From NCBI GenBank assembly GCA_964016885.1, contig OZ024745.1, positions 64,108,001 to 64,172,000 on the forward strand: a DNA stretch of 64,000 bases, read 5' to 3'. The notes beneath the pieces were generated by a model. That model was given only the letters and a program-made list of their open reading frames with translations. It did not search any database and was not told the DNA's origin. The position numbers were made by a program, and so were the translations under genes. Shown here in pieces: positions 1 through 11,560 of this stretch (positions are counted from its first letter, which is position 1; each line of letters opens with the position of its first letter). The stretch is from Eledone cirrhosa (Eukaryota).

Positions 1-1152
1 GGTGTGGCCACCTCCATATTATATGGTGGGTTAAACCAACAAATGCGACGGGATCTATTTCTTCTAGGTCTATTTTCGTACTCTGTATAAGCTACTTTAT
101 CAACAAATCCACTTCGAGCAAGAGCTTCATTGTAATAAGTGGAATGGTCGTTGAAAATGCGCTCGTTGGTGGAAAGACGGGAAAGCCTCAACGAAACGTT
201 TTTTACCAGGTTCTTGGTTATGCTGGCAGGATGGTTGGAATGCTTACTTATGTAATTAAGCGTATCATTCGGCTTTCTATACGGGTAATACAACCCATTC
301 AATAAATTGAGGGTAACGTCGAGGTAATTAACGACCGAGAGATTGGCCTCAACCTGTATAGAGAGGTTGAAGCCTTTAAAGAAGGCTGTGAGTTCTTTTC
401 TGAACCTGTCACAAGCACGAGGTCCGCACTTAGTCATGGTCAAGAGACCATCGTCACGGTACAAACCACCGCCCGCGTTGGGGAATTCGTCCTTGATAGA
501 GAAAAGAAGGAAAAGGCCAATAAGATCAGTAACCGCCGCAGAGTCACTGGCGCCCATACTCACGTCGAATGGGGTGCTATTGGATTTTTTAATCCAAATA
601 GAGTCGTCGAAATTAATCACCGACTTTCGGGCATTAAGGATGACATCAACTTCGAAATCCTTAACCACTGTGAGTGTTTTAGCGAAATTGATAGCTCTAA
701 GGAGAAGTGGTAAAGTGATGGAGGAGTAGTAATTGTTGATGTCGAATTGGATAAAACGGCAATGTTCCTTGTTACATATGCCGTTGAACCAATCAATCAC
801 CGCGAAGGAATTGTTCCACAGTGCGAGAGGGGCCAAACTTCTAATTTCAGGTATAATTCTATCAAGAATAGTTTTACTAAGTCTACCTAAATCGGACTTC
901 GTAGGGTTAATAAGCCGAATAGAGGGGTTGTTCGGAAAATTGGATTTGTGATCCTTCAGGGTAAAGTGGGGAGAGATAGGGTCCAGAGGTTCGGTCCGGT
1001 CCAGGATGTTGAGATCAGATGTGATTTTAAACCCAGCATCGTTGATTTCATTGATGACACACCGATTAGTTTTACGGTAATCCTTAGTTACAGCATTATG
1101 TAGTAGTTGATGGTAAGTACTGCGCTCCACTTGATATAGGTTGCCAGTTTTT
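1..1152 (-). mobile_element. Penelope-like retroelement A: reverse transcriptase ORF, 5'-truncated, runs off the left edge
   Basis: Manual minus-strand translation is stop-free for about 384 codons: KTGNLYQV..HFTLKDHKSNFPNNPSIRLINPTKSDLGRLSK..FIQFDINNYYSSIT..FDVSMGASDSA..GGLYRDDGL..NYLDVTLNL..YRKPND..SNHP..RRICWFNPPYN. It is absent from the ORF track, probably because it has no stop inside the window. Confidence 0.9.
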
Positions 1153-1292
1153 ATGGAATGGACGTGCACGATTCTTTGCTTAAACTTTAATCTGTTATTT
1201 TAATAAATATTTGCTCTACGGTTTTTATATATTTGATATATATTTTCCTTATCGAGCCCTCTTTGGATTTTAGTCTTCAATTTTATTATTAT

Positions 1293-1295
<3 letters not shown>

Positions 1296-1385
<90 letters not shown>

Positions 1386-1387
1386 TA

Positions 1388-1445
<58 letters not shown>

Positions 1446-1458
1446 ATTATATATATAT
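1296..1458. repeat. (TA)n microsatellite between two PLEs
   Basis: About 160 nt of nearly pure TA repeat. Confidence 0.97.
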
Positions 1459-1546
1459 AATAAAAAATTGAACAGGGACAGAACAGAGAGGCAGTACGAC
1501 AAATGTTTATTAGATTCACGCTCAGGAGAGTGGGGGGTATGTGGAG

Positions 1547-1579
1547 GACGACGTTTCGGGCATAAGCCCTTCTTCAGGT
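1547..1579 (-). ncRNA. Minimal type-I hammerhead ribozyme-like motif in PLE pLTR
   Basis: Minus strand reads ac-CTGAAGA-A-GGGC-TTAT-GCCC-GAAA-CGTC-gtc: CUGAnGA and GAAA core boxes, 4-bp stem II, palindromic ACGT before a GUC site; stem I is only about 2 bp. Confidence 0.75.
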
Positions 1580-2916
1580 AAGAGTTCAAAAGGTGTGTAG
1601 GGGAGTGGTGGAGAGACATATAGCGAAAGGAAACGGTGCGAAAAATTAACAAATAAAGACAAAAATATAATAAATAATAAATAAAAATAAAGCATGATCA
1701 AAATACAAGGAATGAGAACATTTAAAAATAAAGGCATGATCAAAATAAACTGAAATTAAAAGGGGGGTAAACAGGTGGTGGAAGGATGTGGGGTGAGTAG
1801 AGGTGGAGGCGGGTGGAGTGGGGAGAGGGAGACGGGGTGTCCGAGCGAGGAGGGCTGAAGGTGGTGTGTGTGGTTAGGTGTGCGTGTGTGTGTGTGTGTG
1901 TGTAAGTGAAAGTGAGGGTTGGGGGAAGAACGGGGTTGCATGTTCAGGAAGGTGTGTGTGGGGGGTGTTTTTGTGTGTCGGAGGGTCTGTGCGTGTGTGG
2001 ATAGGGGGTGGGGGGAGAGGAATCAGGGGGCTGAGGGTGTAAATATGTGGTGGGAAGCACGTGTGTGTGGTTTAAGCGTGTTGTGGGTGTGGGTGGCATG
2101 TGGATAAAAAAATTTGTTTTGGGATGTGTGTGTGGGTGAGTTATATAGGTGATGGTGTTAGAGGATGGTTGAAAAGTGGTAAGTTACACGGATGTATGGA
2201 GATTTTGGTTGGAAGTCAAAACGCGTGTAGGTAATCCAAGAAGCGGTGGTCGGAAGAGGAGAGATGTGGGGTGCGCGCGCAACAGGAAGTGGTCAGCAGT
2301 GGGAGTGCTGTGGTCAGTGGGTGCTGAGACAGTGGTCGGAAGGTCATAGCAGCAGTCAGCGGAATGGTAGGGAGGCGAGGATGGGTAGGTGTGAGAGTTG
2401 GAGTGAGGAGGGTGTGTGTGTGTGTGTGTGTGTGTGTATTAGTAGGGGTGTTAGTGGGATGAGTGAGTGTGGAGTGGGGAGAGAAGGGTGTGTGTGGTTC
2501 TATGGAGGGAGTGTGGTGTACTGGTGTGTGTGTAGTTTGGTGAGGAGGTGTTAGTGGGTGTTAGTAGACGGGAGGTGGGGAGGGGTGGAATGCAGGTGTG
2601 AGTGGGGGTTAGTGGGGGTAGGGTGTGTAGAGTTGGTGGTGTACGAGGGTGTGTGGGTACGTGTGCGTGGGGTTGGAGGGTGTTAGTGATGTTAGTTGCG
2701 TGTGGGGTGGGTGGTGTAAGTGTGTGCGTGTGATAAGGAGGGGGGAGGAGGAGAAGAGGGGAGGGAAGGGATGTTAGTATGTTAGTTGGGGAAGGGTGGT
2801 TAGATGAGGGGTGGAGTGGGGGGTGTTAGTATTGTTAGTGTGGGGTGGGCGGTGAAAAGGAGGGGTGTGTTAGTGGTGTTAGTGGGGGATAAGTGGGGGA
2901 GGGGGGCGGTCGAAGG

Positions 2917-4769
2917 CTAAAGGAATAAGGGTGGGGAGTTCAGGCCGGGGGGGAGGGTCTGTAAGATGAAGATAGTACGTTGTTCGACCGTGAGGCGATG
3001 GGCGGGTGTTCCGTGGCACTGGAGTAGGCCACAGACTGTGAGATGGTGTGCGGAGTGTCCAGGGCCACCAAAGTGGCGGGCGATGGGGGAACTGCCCCCG
3101 AGACGAATGTCCCGGAGGTGCTCCGTGACTCGGTCCGCCAGGCGGCGTCCCGTCTGTCCGACATAAGTCGCGCTGCACCTCGTGCAACGAAGTCCGTAGA
3201 CTAGGTTGGAGGAGGTGCAGCGGAAGGCATGCCGGACCGAGAGAGGGTGGCCGTTGGGACCCTGGAAGGTGGTGGTGTTGGTGATGTGGGGACAGGTGTT
3301 GCAGCGGGGCCTAGAACATGGAAACGAACCGGGGGGGGAGCGTGGGTTGGGGGGTAGGGAGCTGTGGACGAGGAGGGTGCGGAGATTGCGTGCGCGTATG
3401 AAGGAGGGGAGTGGTGGGGTTGGGAAGATGTGGGAGGTGGAGGGGTCGGACTGGAGGTGTCGGAAGAGGCGGCGGATGGTGCGGTGGAGGGGTAAGGTGG
3501 AGGGGTGGTAGGTGATGGGGAAGGGGAGACGGTGGGTGGGTGTGCGGTGGCGTGGGGTGAGGGTGGTAGAGCGGGGGATAGCACGGGCGCGGGTGAGAGC
3601 GGTGTGGACGAGAGAGGGGGGGGGGGGGTAACCTCTGCGGATGAAATGGCTGATTAGGGAAAGGGCTTGGGACTCGAAGTCAGCATCTCGGCTACAGAGG
3701 CGGCGGATCCTGAGAAGTTGGGAGTAGGGAATGGAGAGTTTAGTGTGGGTGGGGTGGGAAGAGGTGAAGTCGAGGTAAGAGTGGGAGTCGGTGGGTTTGA
3801 AGAAGGCGGAGGTGACGAGGGAGTGGTGGGAGGGGTCGAAGGCGACGGAGATGTCCAAGAAGTGGACGTGGGTGGTGGAGATAGAGGTGGTGAAGTGGAG
3901 GGAGGGGTGGAAGGAGCAGAAGAAGGAGAGAAAGGAGTCGAGCTGTACTCGGGTGAGGGTCGTGGCTCCGATACAGTCGTCAATGTAACGACCGTACAGT
4001 TCGGGCGTGGGGCCGGTGTACTGGGCAAAGATTTGGGCCTCAACATGGCCAACAAAAAGGTTGGCATAGTTCGGGCCCATTCTTGTGCCCATGGCTACCC
4101 CCGTGACCTGTTGGTAAAACTCACCCGAGAAGGAGAAACAATTTAGGGTGAGGACCAGCTCGGCGAGGCGAAGGAGGGTGGGGGTGGAGGGAATGGGGGA
4201 GGGGCGAAGGTCGAGGTAGTGTTTGAGGGCGCGAAGGCCGTCGGCGTGGGGGATGACGGTGTAGAGGGACTTGATGTCTAGGGTGAAGAGGAATGGCTGA
4301 GGGCCGGGTAGGTAGGTGAAGGAGTCGAAAAGGCGCAGGGCGTGGTTGGTGTCAGAGATGTGGGAGGGGAGGGTGGTGACAAGGGGGGCGAGGAGGGAGT
4401 CGAGAAAGGCGGAGATGAGTTCGGTGGGGCAGTTGCAAGCGGAGACGATGGGACGGCCGGGGTTGTCGGGTTTGTGGAGTTTGGGGAGGAAGTAGATGGT
4501 GGGGGTGCGGGGTGTGCGGACGATGAGGTGGGAAGCGGTGGGGGGGGGAGGGAGGAGGCGATGAGGTCTTTGATGGTGGAGGAGACTTGTTGTTGGTAGA
4601 GGGGGGTGGGATCGGAGGGTAGAGGGCGGTAAAAGAGGGGGTTACAGAGCTGCCTGAGGGCTTCGGCCTTGTAGAGGTCCGCGCGCCATACCACCACGGC
4701 GCCTCTCTTGTCCGCCGGTTTGATGACGATGTCATCTCGGCTACGGAGGGAGCGGAGAGCGAGGAGTTC
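2917..4769 (-). CDS. PLE RT / GIY-YIG endonuclease (about 617 aa; one frameshift in the G-run 4540-4548)
   Basis: IVIKPADKRGAVVVW, YFLPKLHKPDNPGRPIVS, TLDIKSLYTVIP, GVAMGTRMGPNYAN, RYIDDC, FLDISV, FFKPTD, SSHP, linker CSRPRCNTC, endonuclease FRCTSSNLVYGLRCTRCSATYVGQTGRRLADRVTEH..GLN. Confidence 0.9.
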
Positions 4770-4920
4770 ATATATATATATACTATTCAGTTTTGTATTT
4801 GTTTCTGAAACTGCTTTCGTAATTTTAATTTTGTTTTAAGTACAAAAATTATCAAATAAAAAAATAAATAAATGAACAAAAACCGTATTGATAAAAAATA
4901 AACGGTACAAAAAATATAAA

Positions 4921-7345
4921 CAAGGACGCCACACACTCCACCCTCAGGTACCCCATATCCTCCACCCTCGAGGCCAGCCCCAAGCATTTGCGTGACCAGG
5001 TAAACACAAAGCTTATCATGGGTGATGTCTCGGCCGCTGTCAGAGTTATTGCCTCATAGGACACTGTCCTCCACCCACGGAGGAGGTCCTGGGTGCTATG
5101 CGATTCAAACACCTGAACCACACACTGATCTCAGACCCATACCCCCACCCGACCCCCACTTGCTTCTTGTGGCTTCTGATGCAGACATCATGTCCGCCAC
5201 CAGGCCCTTCCCAGGACCTAGCAGCTGCGGAGGTGTTGATGGTCTCCGACCAGACTACCTCAAAGAGTTGACATCCCCTCTCTCCGCTGTGGCCGGGCGT
5301 CGCCTTCTGAGTGCAATTGTGGCGCTCACCAATAGGCTCATCCATGGTGCCCTGGACCTTTACGCACGAGGCCTCTTTTTTTCGGCCAACCTCACCGCTT
5401 TCAGGAAGAAAGAGGGTGGCATACGCCCCATCGTTGTTGGCAATGTCTTCCAGAAGGTGGCTGCCAAGGTAATCTGCAAGTCCGTGACACACGAACTGGG
5501 TGAGGAGTTTAGTCCGGTGCAACTGGGTGTCGGCGTGTTCGGTGGCTGTGAGGGCGCCGCTCAGGCAACCAGGCAGTTCTTCAGCAGCTGCCCATTGGTA
5601 CCGGCATCCAGGGACTCCAGCAACCTCATAGTCAAGCTTGACATGAGGAATGCCTTCAACTCTTTACGCCGGGACCATCTGCTCGAGGCCTGCGTCAGCC
5701 GAGCTCCCTCTGCCTACCTGTCATATGGAGCCCCGAGCCTGCTCCTTGCTGCTGATACGGTCATACCCTCGGCTACTGGAGTCCAACATGGTGACCCTTT
5801 GGGACCCCTCCTGTTCGCCCTTGGTATTGACCACATCGACCGGAGTATCACGGCCCCTCTCAACGTTTGGTATCTGGATGATGCTACGTTGGGCGGGCCC
5901 GTACGGACGGTCTGCCATGCCCTTCAATCGGTGGTTCCTGCCCTGGCGGGAATCGGCCTCCAGGTCAACTCGGCCAAGTCGGAGGTGGTGAATGTCAGAC
6001 TTGATGCTGTGAGCTTTGCAGCCTCCAACTTGGACGTGCGGTCCATTCTCCTCCAGATTCAGGTGACCTCCAAAGAGGATGTCCTCATCCTCAGGTCACC
6101 GATCCACCCGCCGGCCATCCGATCCCCCATCAGCTCCAGGCTTCAAGAGCTCCAGACTCTCACGAACCGACTGGGCTTGATTGACGGCCACCCAGCTCTC
6201 TTTCTGCTGAGGAACTGCTTCGCCATGCCGAAGCTCCTCCATACACTCCGCAGCGCTCCGTGCTACACCCAGACATCTCTCCTCGCTGACCTCGATACTT
6301 GTATCCAAACAGCAGCCGAGGAGATATGCAACGTCAAGTTTGACGACATAGCGTGGCAACAGGCCACTTTACCTGTCAGGTATGGAGGCCTTGGCCTCCG
6401 GTCCCTGATCTCACTAGCTTTGCCGGCGTATCTTTCGTCGGTAACTTCGTGCCGCGTCCTCGACAGCAGGGTTCTTCAAAACACAACAGAACCCTCTGTG
6501 TTTAGAGAATGTGAGGCCGCCTGTGAGACGTGGGACCGGCGGGGACTTAGCCCAGTAGACGTCCCTCCTCCTTCTTCCCTTGTTGACGTCAAGTCCCCCC
6601 CCCCATGCACTTGGGATGCCATCCTGTGCAGCCTGGCCTCAGACAGGCTCACGCGCCAGCTCGACCAGCACCGCCTTGCTTGTTTTCGTGCGGCCTCCAA
6701 ACCCCACAGTGGTGCCTGGCTCCATGCCCTACCCTCCTTCTCCACTGGCACGTAGCTAGACAACCATAGCCTGCGCATCGGTGTTTCCCTGAGGCTCGGC
6801 CTCCGGATCTGCCAGCCACACCAATGTCGCTGCGGTTCCACCGTGGACTCTTTCGGCCTCCACCCGCTTTCCTGTCGCTACAGTGTCGGCCGCCTTCCAC
6901 GCTATGTTGCCCTCACCGAGGTCATTAAGCATGGCTTGGACGCTGTAGGCTTCCCTTCCCAGCGCGAGCCGGTGGGACTGGATCGAGGAGACGGCAAAAG
7001 GCCAGATGGCATGACCATCTTCCCGTTCCGCGGTGGCAAACTCCTTGTCTGGGATGCCACTTGCAGCCGTAACCTGGTGCAGTCTGCGACTGACCCAGTT
7101 TCTGCTGCACGTCTGGCTGAGGGGGCCAAACTCCTCAAATACCGGTCGCTCTCCGACGGTTTGCGGTCGTACCCCTGGCAGTGGAGACTTTTGGTGTCCT
7201 CGGCCCCAGGGCTATATCTTTACTCACCACCATAGGAGCTGAGCCCCGCGAGTTGGAGTGGCTTCTCCAGCGCGCCTTCCCCCGAGGAAACGCCTCCATT
7301 CTGTCCGCCGGGGCTGTGGGTGGGCCCCATCGCGTACCGTTGTAG
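4921..7345 (+). mobile_element. CRE-clade non-LTR retrotransposon (RT + CCHC knuckle + restriction-like endonuclease), decayed and 5'-truncated
   Basis: KLIMGDVSAAVR, GGVDGLRPDYLK, KKEGGIRPIVVG, QLGVGVFGGCE, KLDMRNAFNS, GVQHGDPLGPLLF, WYLDD, LPVRYGGLGLRS, SGAWL, CRC..H..SC, REP..RPDG..WDATC; in-frame TAG stops at 5057-5059 and 6753-6755 plus frameshifts near both ends. Confidence 0.88.
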
Positions 7346-7699
7346 TTGTTTTATACAGATGTTCAACAATATTCACAACATCGGTGACATTAATAGTTAC
7401 CTAATGTGATAGAGTTGACAATTAATTACTTCTGATGAATATATCGATCATCTTTTACATATAAACACTTGAAGATGTAAAACATTCTATCAAGTAATAA
7501 AATGTAATTTTATTTGTAATAAATACTATTTTTACATGCTTGCACTTCAATAAGTTCATTTCATATAAATTAGAAATACCAAGTAAAGGAGAGAAAAATC
7601 GAATGATAAAAGAGTTAAAAAATATCTGCTAATCTTTGAAGAATTATTAATCGAGCTCGACAAGTGGAAAGTTGAAATAAAAAAAAAATCTTTTTTGCT

Positions 7700-7730
7700 G
7701 GAATGTGAAGGAGTCACGTGACTGCATTCC
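7700..7730. promoter_or_regulatory. Palindromic E-box GTCACGTGAC (7713-7722) upstream of the putative first exon
   Basis: ggaatg..AGTCACGTGACT..cattcc; 12-bp perfect palindrome about 600 bp upstream of the candidate exon 1. Confidence 0.35.
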
Positions 7731-7839
7731 AAAGAAAGTTGAATCGAAAATTCTTTTGGTCATTTTATAAATTAAATTTAACATCTGAAAACACACATAC
7801 ATACACATATTTATAAAGACATACATTTACTCTCCCTTT

Positions 7840-7977
<138 letters not shown>

Positions 7978-8299
7978 TCGAATCGAAATCAATTTCGTTT
8001 CATATGACACTATTATTTTTATCTTAAATACAAATGAAAAGTATAAACATAATAGTATATATCTAAGTAATCAAGAATAGTCATTCTTGTATAGACTTAT
8101 AAAATAATACCTATATAAATTTGCAGTTTTAAAAATATATTGCTGTTTTGTTTTATTTTAAACAAGAAAAATGTAAATTGGAAGTAAAATGCAATTTCTT
8201 CGTGTATTTCGTTTCGTTTTATTTCATGTTAACGTTTTTTATTTACTAAAAACAGAATGCCGAGTATAATAGCAAGAACTAGTGTAATTAAGTATTATC

Positions 8300-8431
8300 G
8301 CACCTTTCGTTTTTCAGCTACCCACCCACTGCTGTGACGGTGTGTCGTCAACTCTTCATTTGTTTATGAGTTAGACACTTATAACACTTTACCCCTGTCT
8401 TGTCTCTTATTTTCCTGTGTTTAGCTACCAG
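8300..8431 (+). other. CTNNA: Probable non-coding first exon (5' UTR) of alpha-catenin; start position uncertain
   Basis: Consensus donor CCAG|GTAAGT at 8431/8432 in non-repetitive, CpG-containing sequence. The first coding exon has an acceptor only 23 nt before its ATG, so an upstream exon is expected. Confidence 0.5.
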
Positions 8432-9429
8432 GTAAGTAAAATATATTCTTATGTCGCGCGCGCCTGTTTGTTTATATGTCTATATATACATATACTATTA
8501 TGTTAAACAAAAATTTGTTTACTATTTTAAACCATAATATAGTAACCTGTCGAATAATTATATGACATATGTATACATTTAATGTATATTTTAAATATTC
8601 TATCGGCTTTTTCCTTGTATATTTTCTTTATAGTCGTATTTATGTAGAAAGGGTGGTTTGTTTTTAAGCAGTCTATCATTCCCTTCTCGGTGGTTAGTAA
8701 GGGAGTCTTTACAGTTGGTGGACATGTCACCGTATAGAAGCCAAATTCCCATTATTTCCAGCAGACCCTTGAGTTAATTAGGAAAAAAAAGGGAAAAACA
8801 TTTTTTAGCTATAAAGTATAATTGCTTGAAGTGTTAGAAATCAATACTTTTGTAACCAATACTACCGATGAAAGAAGGCACCCTAAAATTGATTAAAAAC
8901 AAATTTAATGTTTTCATATAGCCTATTTATTATTTCATATAGTTCCATGTTAGTTTAGACTGACACGTTTCCCTTACGATTTTATATACTGACAGGGTTG
9001 TATGTGAATTAATTTTTAATCTACACAGTCGTATTACAGTGGTTCTTTTTTAATGGCCTAGAAGAAAAACAAATTTATTGTCAGAAGTGTTAGACAAACT
9101 ACTCAAAGCCACGGTTTTCGATAGTAAACCTCAAACATTTATATACAACTGATAAAGTAATTTAAAGAAACTGTTTCATTCTTTAGATGACCATACTGAA
9201 TGACTCCCTTGGTTGTTTCAATGAAGTGTTTTTACACTACTTATGTAGTTGATTGTTACTTTTGTGTTCAAATCCAGCTGAAGTCAACTTTGCCTTCACC
9301 CTCCTTTGGATCAGGAAAACAAAGTATGAGTCGAATACTGGCGTCGATTTCGGTTTCTATGATATACCCTATATATGAATGGAATTATAATAGTGTAAGA
9401 CTAAATTCATTGCCAAAACGAGTGTGCCA

Positions 9430-9612
9430 CTTGGTCATTTGACTCGTTAGAAATAACAACCCAATCTTCCTTAAATCACACTATACTACTTAAAACAAAA
9501 GAAACATTGGTTAATGTAGGACGCTATATAAAAAAAACCCCAGGATAGTCACGGCTGGAATGCTTTTGATCATAGGTCTACTCGATCATGGTTGACCTGG
9601 GGCTAAATAATA
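9430..9612 (+). mobile_element. Abundant SINE-like interspersed repeat (family C), representative copy
   Basis: agaaatagcagccaaatc..ggtcacggctggaatgcctttgatcataggtc..gttgacctggggctaaa recurs near 12260, 14430, 14840, 15115(-), 15995(-), 17945(-), 18310, 20530(-), 29975(-), 46610 and 57940. Confidence 0.75.
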
Positions 9613-10739
9613 ATGACAGAAGCAACTTCGTTGTTCTTTATGAATTTTTGTTCACCTGTTCATGAGTAACTAATATATTTGTAATCATTACACAAAAAAA
9701 CTCATTCACCTGTATGTATGTTACCAGAAATAGCATATTTTGTTTGGTGCTAAGGTATACAGTTTATATGCAATAAGTACGTTAAGTACTTAGCTCCGTC
9801 AACTGACCTGTTTATGTATTTTCTTGGCACTGCTTATTCTACCTTGTTGACACAACCTATATATATATCATATATATATATATATATATATATTCTTACA
9901 TTATGCTATATTCAAATATTTATTCAGGTTGGGTCTGATAGTAGTAATAGTAATATTAATAATTTCTTTATTAATCACAAAGGGTATACGTTAAGTAAAT
10001 AATAATAATAACTGATGTTGAAATGGCAAATTTTAATCGACCCCAGTGAATAGCTGGTATTCATTTTCACGATAATATACAAATTAAAACAAAACATTTG
10101 TGTGCTCTAAATAACTTTATTCAAGTCATTTTATCTCACTTTCAGTTTATTTATTCCTTCATTTTGTTTGTGTTACCATTAATCACATCTCAAATAATGT
10201 CACATTGGTATGGACGGTAGCCACAGGTTAGTAGTCACTCTTCTTAAATGATAATTTTCAAAATAAGTATTCTAAATTACTTCCGCGATCTCAACCGTTA
10301 CTTTGGTTAGAAGAATGTCGACCTTCACCTTGCACAAACGTTGACAGGTCGTCGTATCGTTTACCTGTCTGAGTCATCATTTATGAATTTTTATGTAGAC
10401 AATACATCGGAAAAACAAATGCGCATATATAGGACTTAGAAACACTCCTTTCTCATTTGTGACATTTTATAGAAACCAGGTATTATTAGTCAGTAAATTA
10501 TCAACATTAAACTCAGGTGATATCATAACTTCACTATATGTCCTGTTTGTCTATATATCGATTGGTGTGTTAATGTCTGTCAGCCTGTCCTTCGGCCGGT
10601 CGGTGTATACCTCTTTGTCAGTCGGTCTATATCGCTCGGTCTGTTTTAGGTCAGTAGCAATCAAACTTTAGGTGATATTACACCGTCTCTATATATCTCT
10701 ATTATTGGTTGGTATATTCATAGTTGGTCTATCTATTGG

Positions 10740-11560
10740 GGAGTTGTAGGCAAAAAGAATGAGCAGTGGCAACGATCTTTTACAGACCCTTCTATGTTGG
10801 TGAGATTGGCATGCTTGATTTTCAGTTTCATTATCTAAGTTTATGCTTACAGAAAAGTATGATGAGAGGAAATGCCAGAGAATGGTCTACCTAAGGAGGA
10901 GGTATTTTGACTTGAGGTTAGTGTTGTGACTAGGACAGGAGTGGCAAAACAGCAGGGGCTATGAGACAGGAGAGATTTGTGGACATGGATTAAATTGGTG
11001 AGCAACTTGTCAGTTCAGTGGTAAAGGTTAGTGTTGTAATAACAGAACAAGAATTAAATAACAGTGCATCTGCAAGCTATACATTGTTGTATATTGATAT
11101 GCGAGTCTGTTAATCAGCCCATGACTTTCTTTTGGAGGCACTTTAGAGTATTTGTGTATATAGCAGTAGTACTATTTCATGTGTAGGAGCAGTAGTTTAT
11201 TGCCATAAGCTTTGTAGAGAATTAGTTGATGGTAATTGCAATGCTAGTTTTAGCTATTTTATTGTTGACTTTGAGACATTTCTGAGTTGTCCAGGACTGG
11301 GAATGGTGAGATGCAAGATTATATAGTAATTGTTATTGTTCTTTTGAGACTACATAGTCATACCCCATTAGAGCAATGATGAACTACGTTCAGGGGAAAT
11401 GTTGGTAGTCTGTGTTTTATGTTATGTTACAATATTTTTATATTTAGTGGTCCATGATGTTCGCCTTGTGTATTTTCTGGGAAATGTAAGGAAAAATGTT
11501 GTCTATCAGTATTTTAGAGGATATCTGTGAGGTTTCTCTTTATGGGGCTTTATGGATTTC
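10740..11560 (-). mobile_element. Highly degenerate LINE-like fragment
   Basis: GC-richer, coding-like texture broken by many stops; family not assignable by eye. Confidence 0.25.

Larger units (their letters stand above)
1459..4769 (-). mobile_element. Penelope-like retroelement B (Neptune-like), 5'-truncated, with 1.45-kb C-rich 3' UTR/pLTR
   Basis: RT + Cys linker + GIY-YIG ORF at 2917-4769, hammerhead-like motif near the 3' end, (TA)n on both flanks (1296-1458, 4770-4782). Confidence 0.92.

Noticed and set aside
343-951. + strand ORFs of 128 and 72 aa
   Set aside because: Antisense shadows of the minus-strand PLE RT
2450-2883. Telomere-like reading of the GTTAGTGGG motifs
   Set aside because: No tandem TTAGGG or TTAGG; the conserved core is GTTAGT and it is dispersed
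1756-4771. Many Pro/Thr-rich and Gly/Val-rich overlapping ORFs
   Set aside because: Alternative frames of the C-skewed PLE B sequence; only the RT/GIY-YIG frame has motifs
7431-7485. CTGATGA after the CRE element as a hammerhead
   Set aside because: No stem II followed by GAAA at a suitable distance
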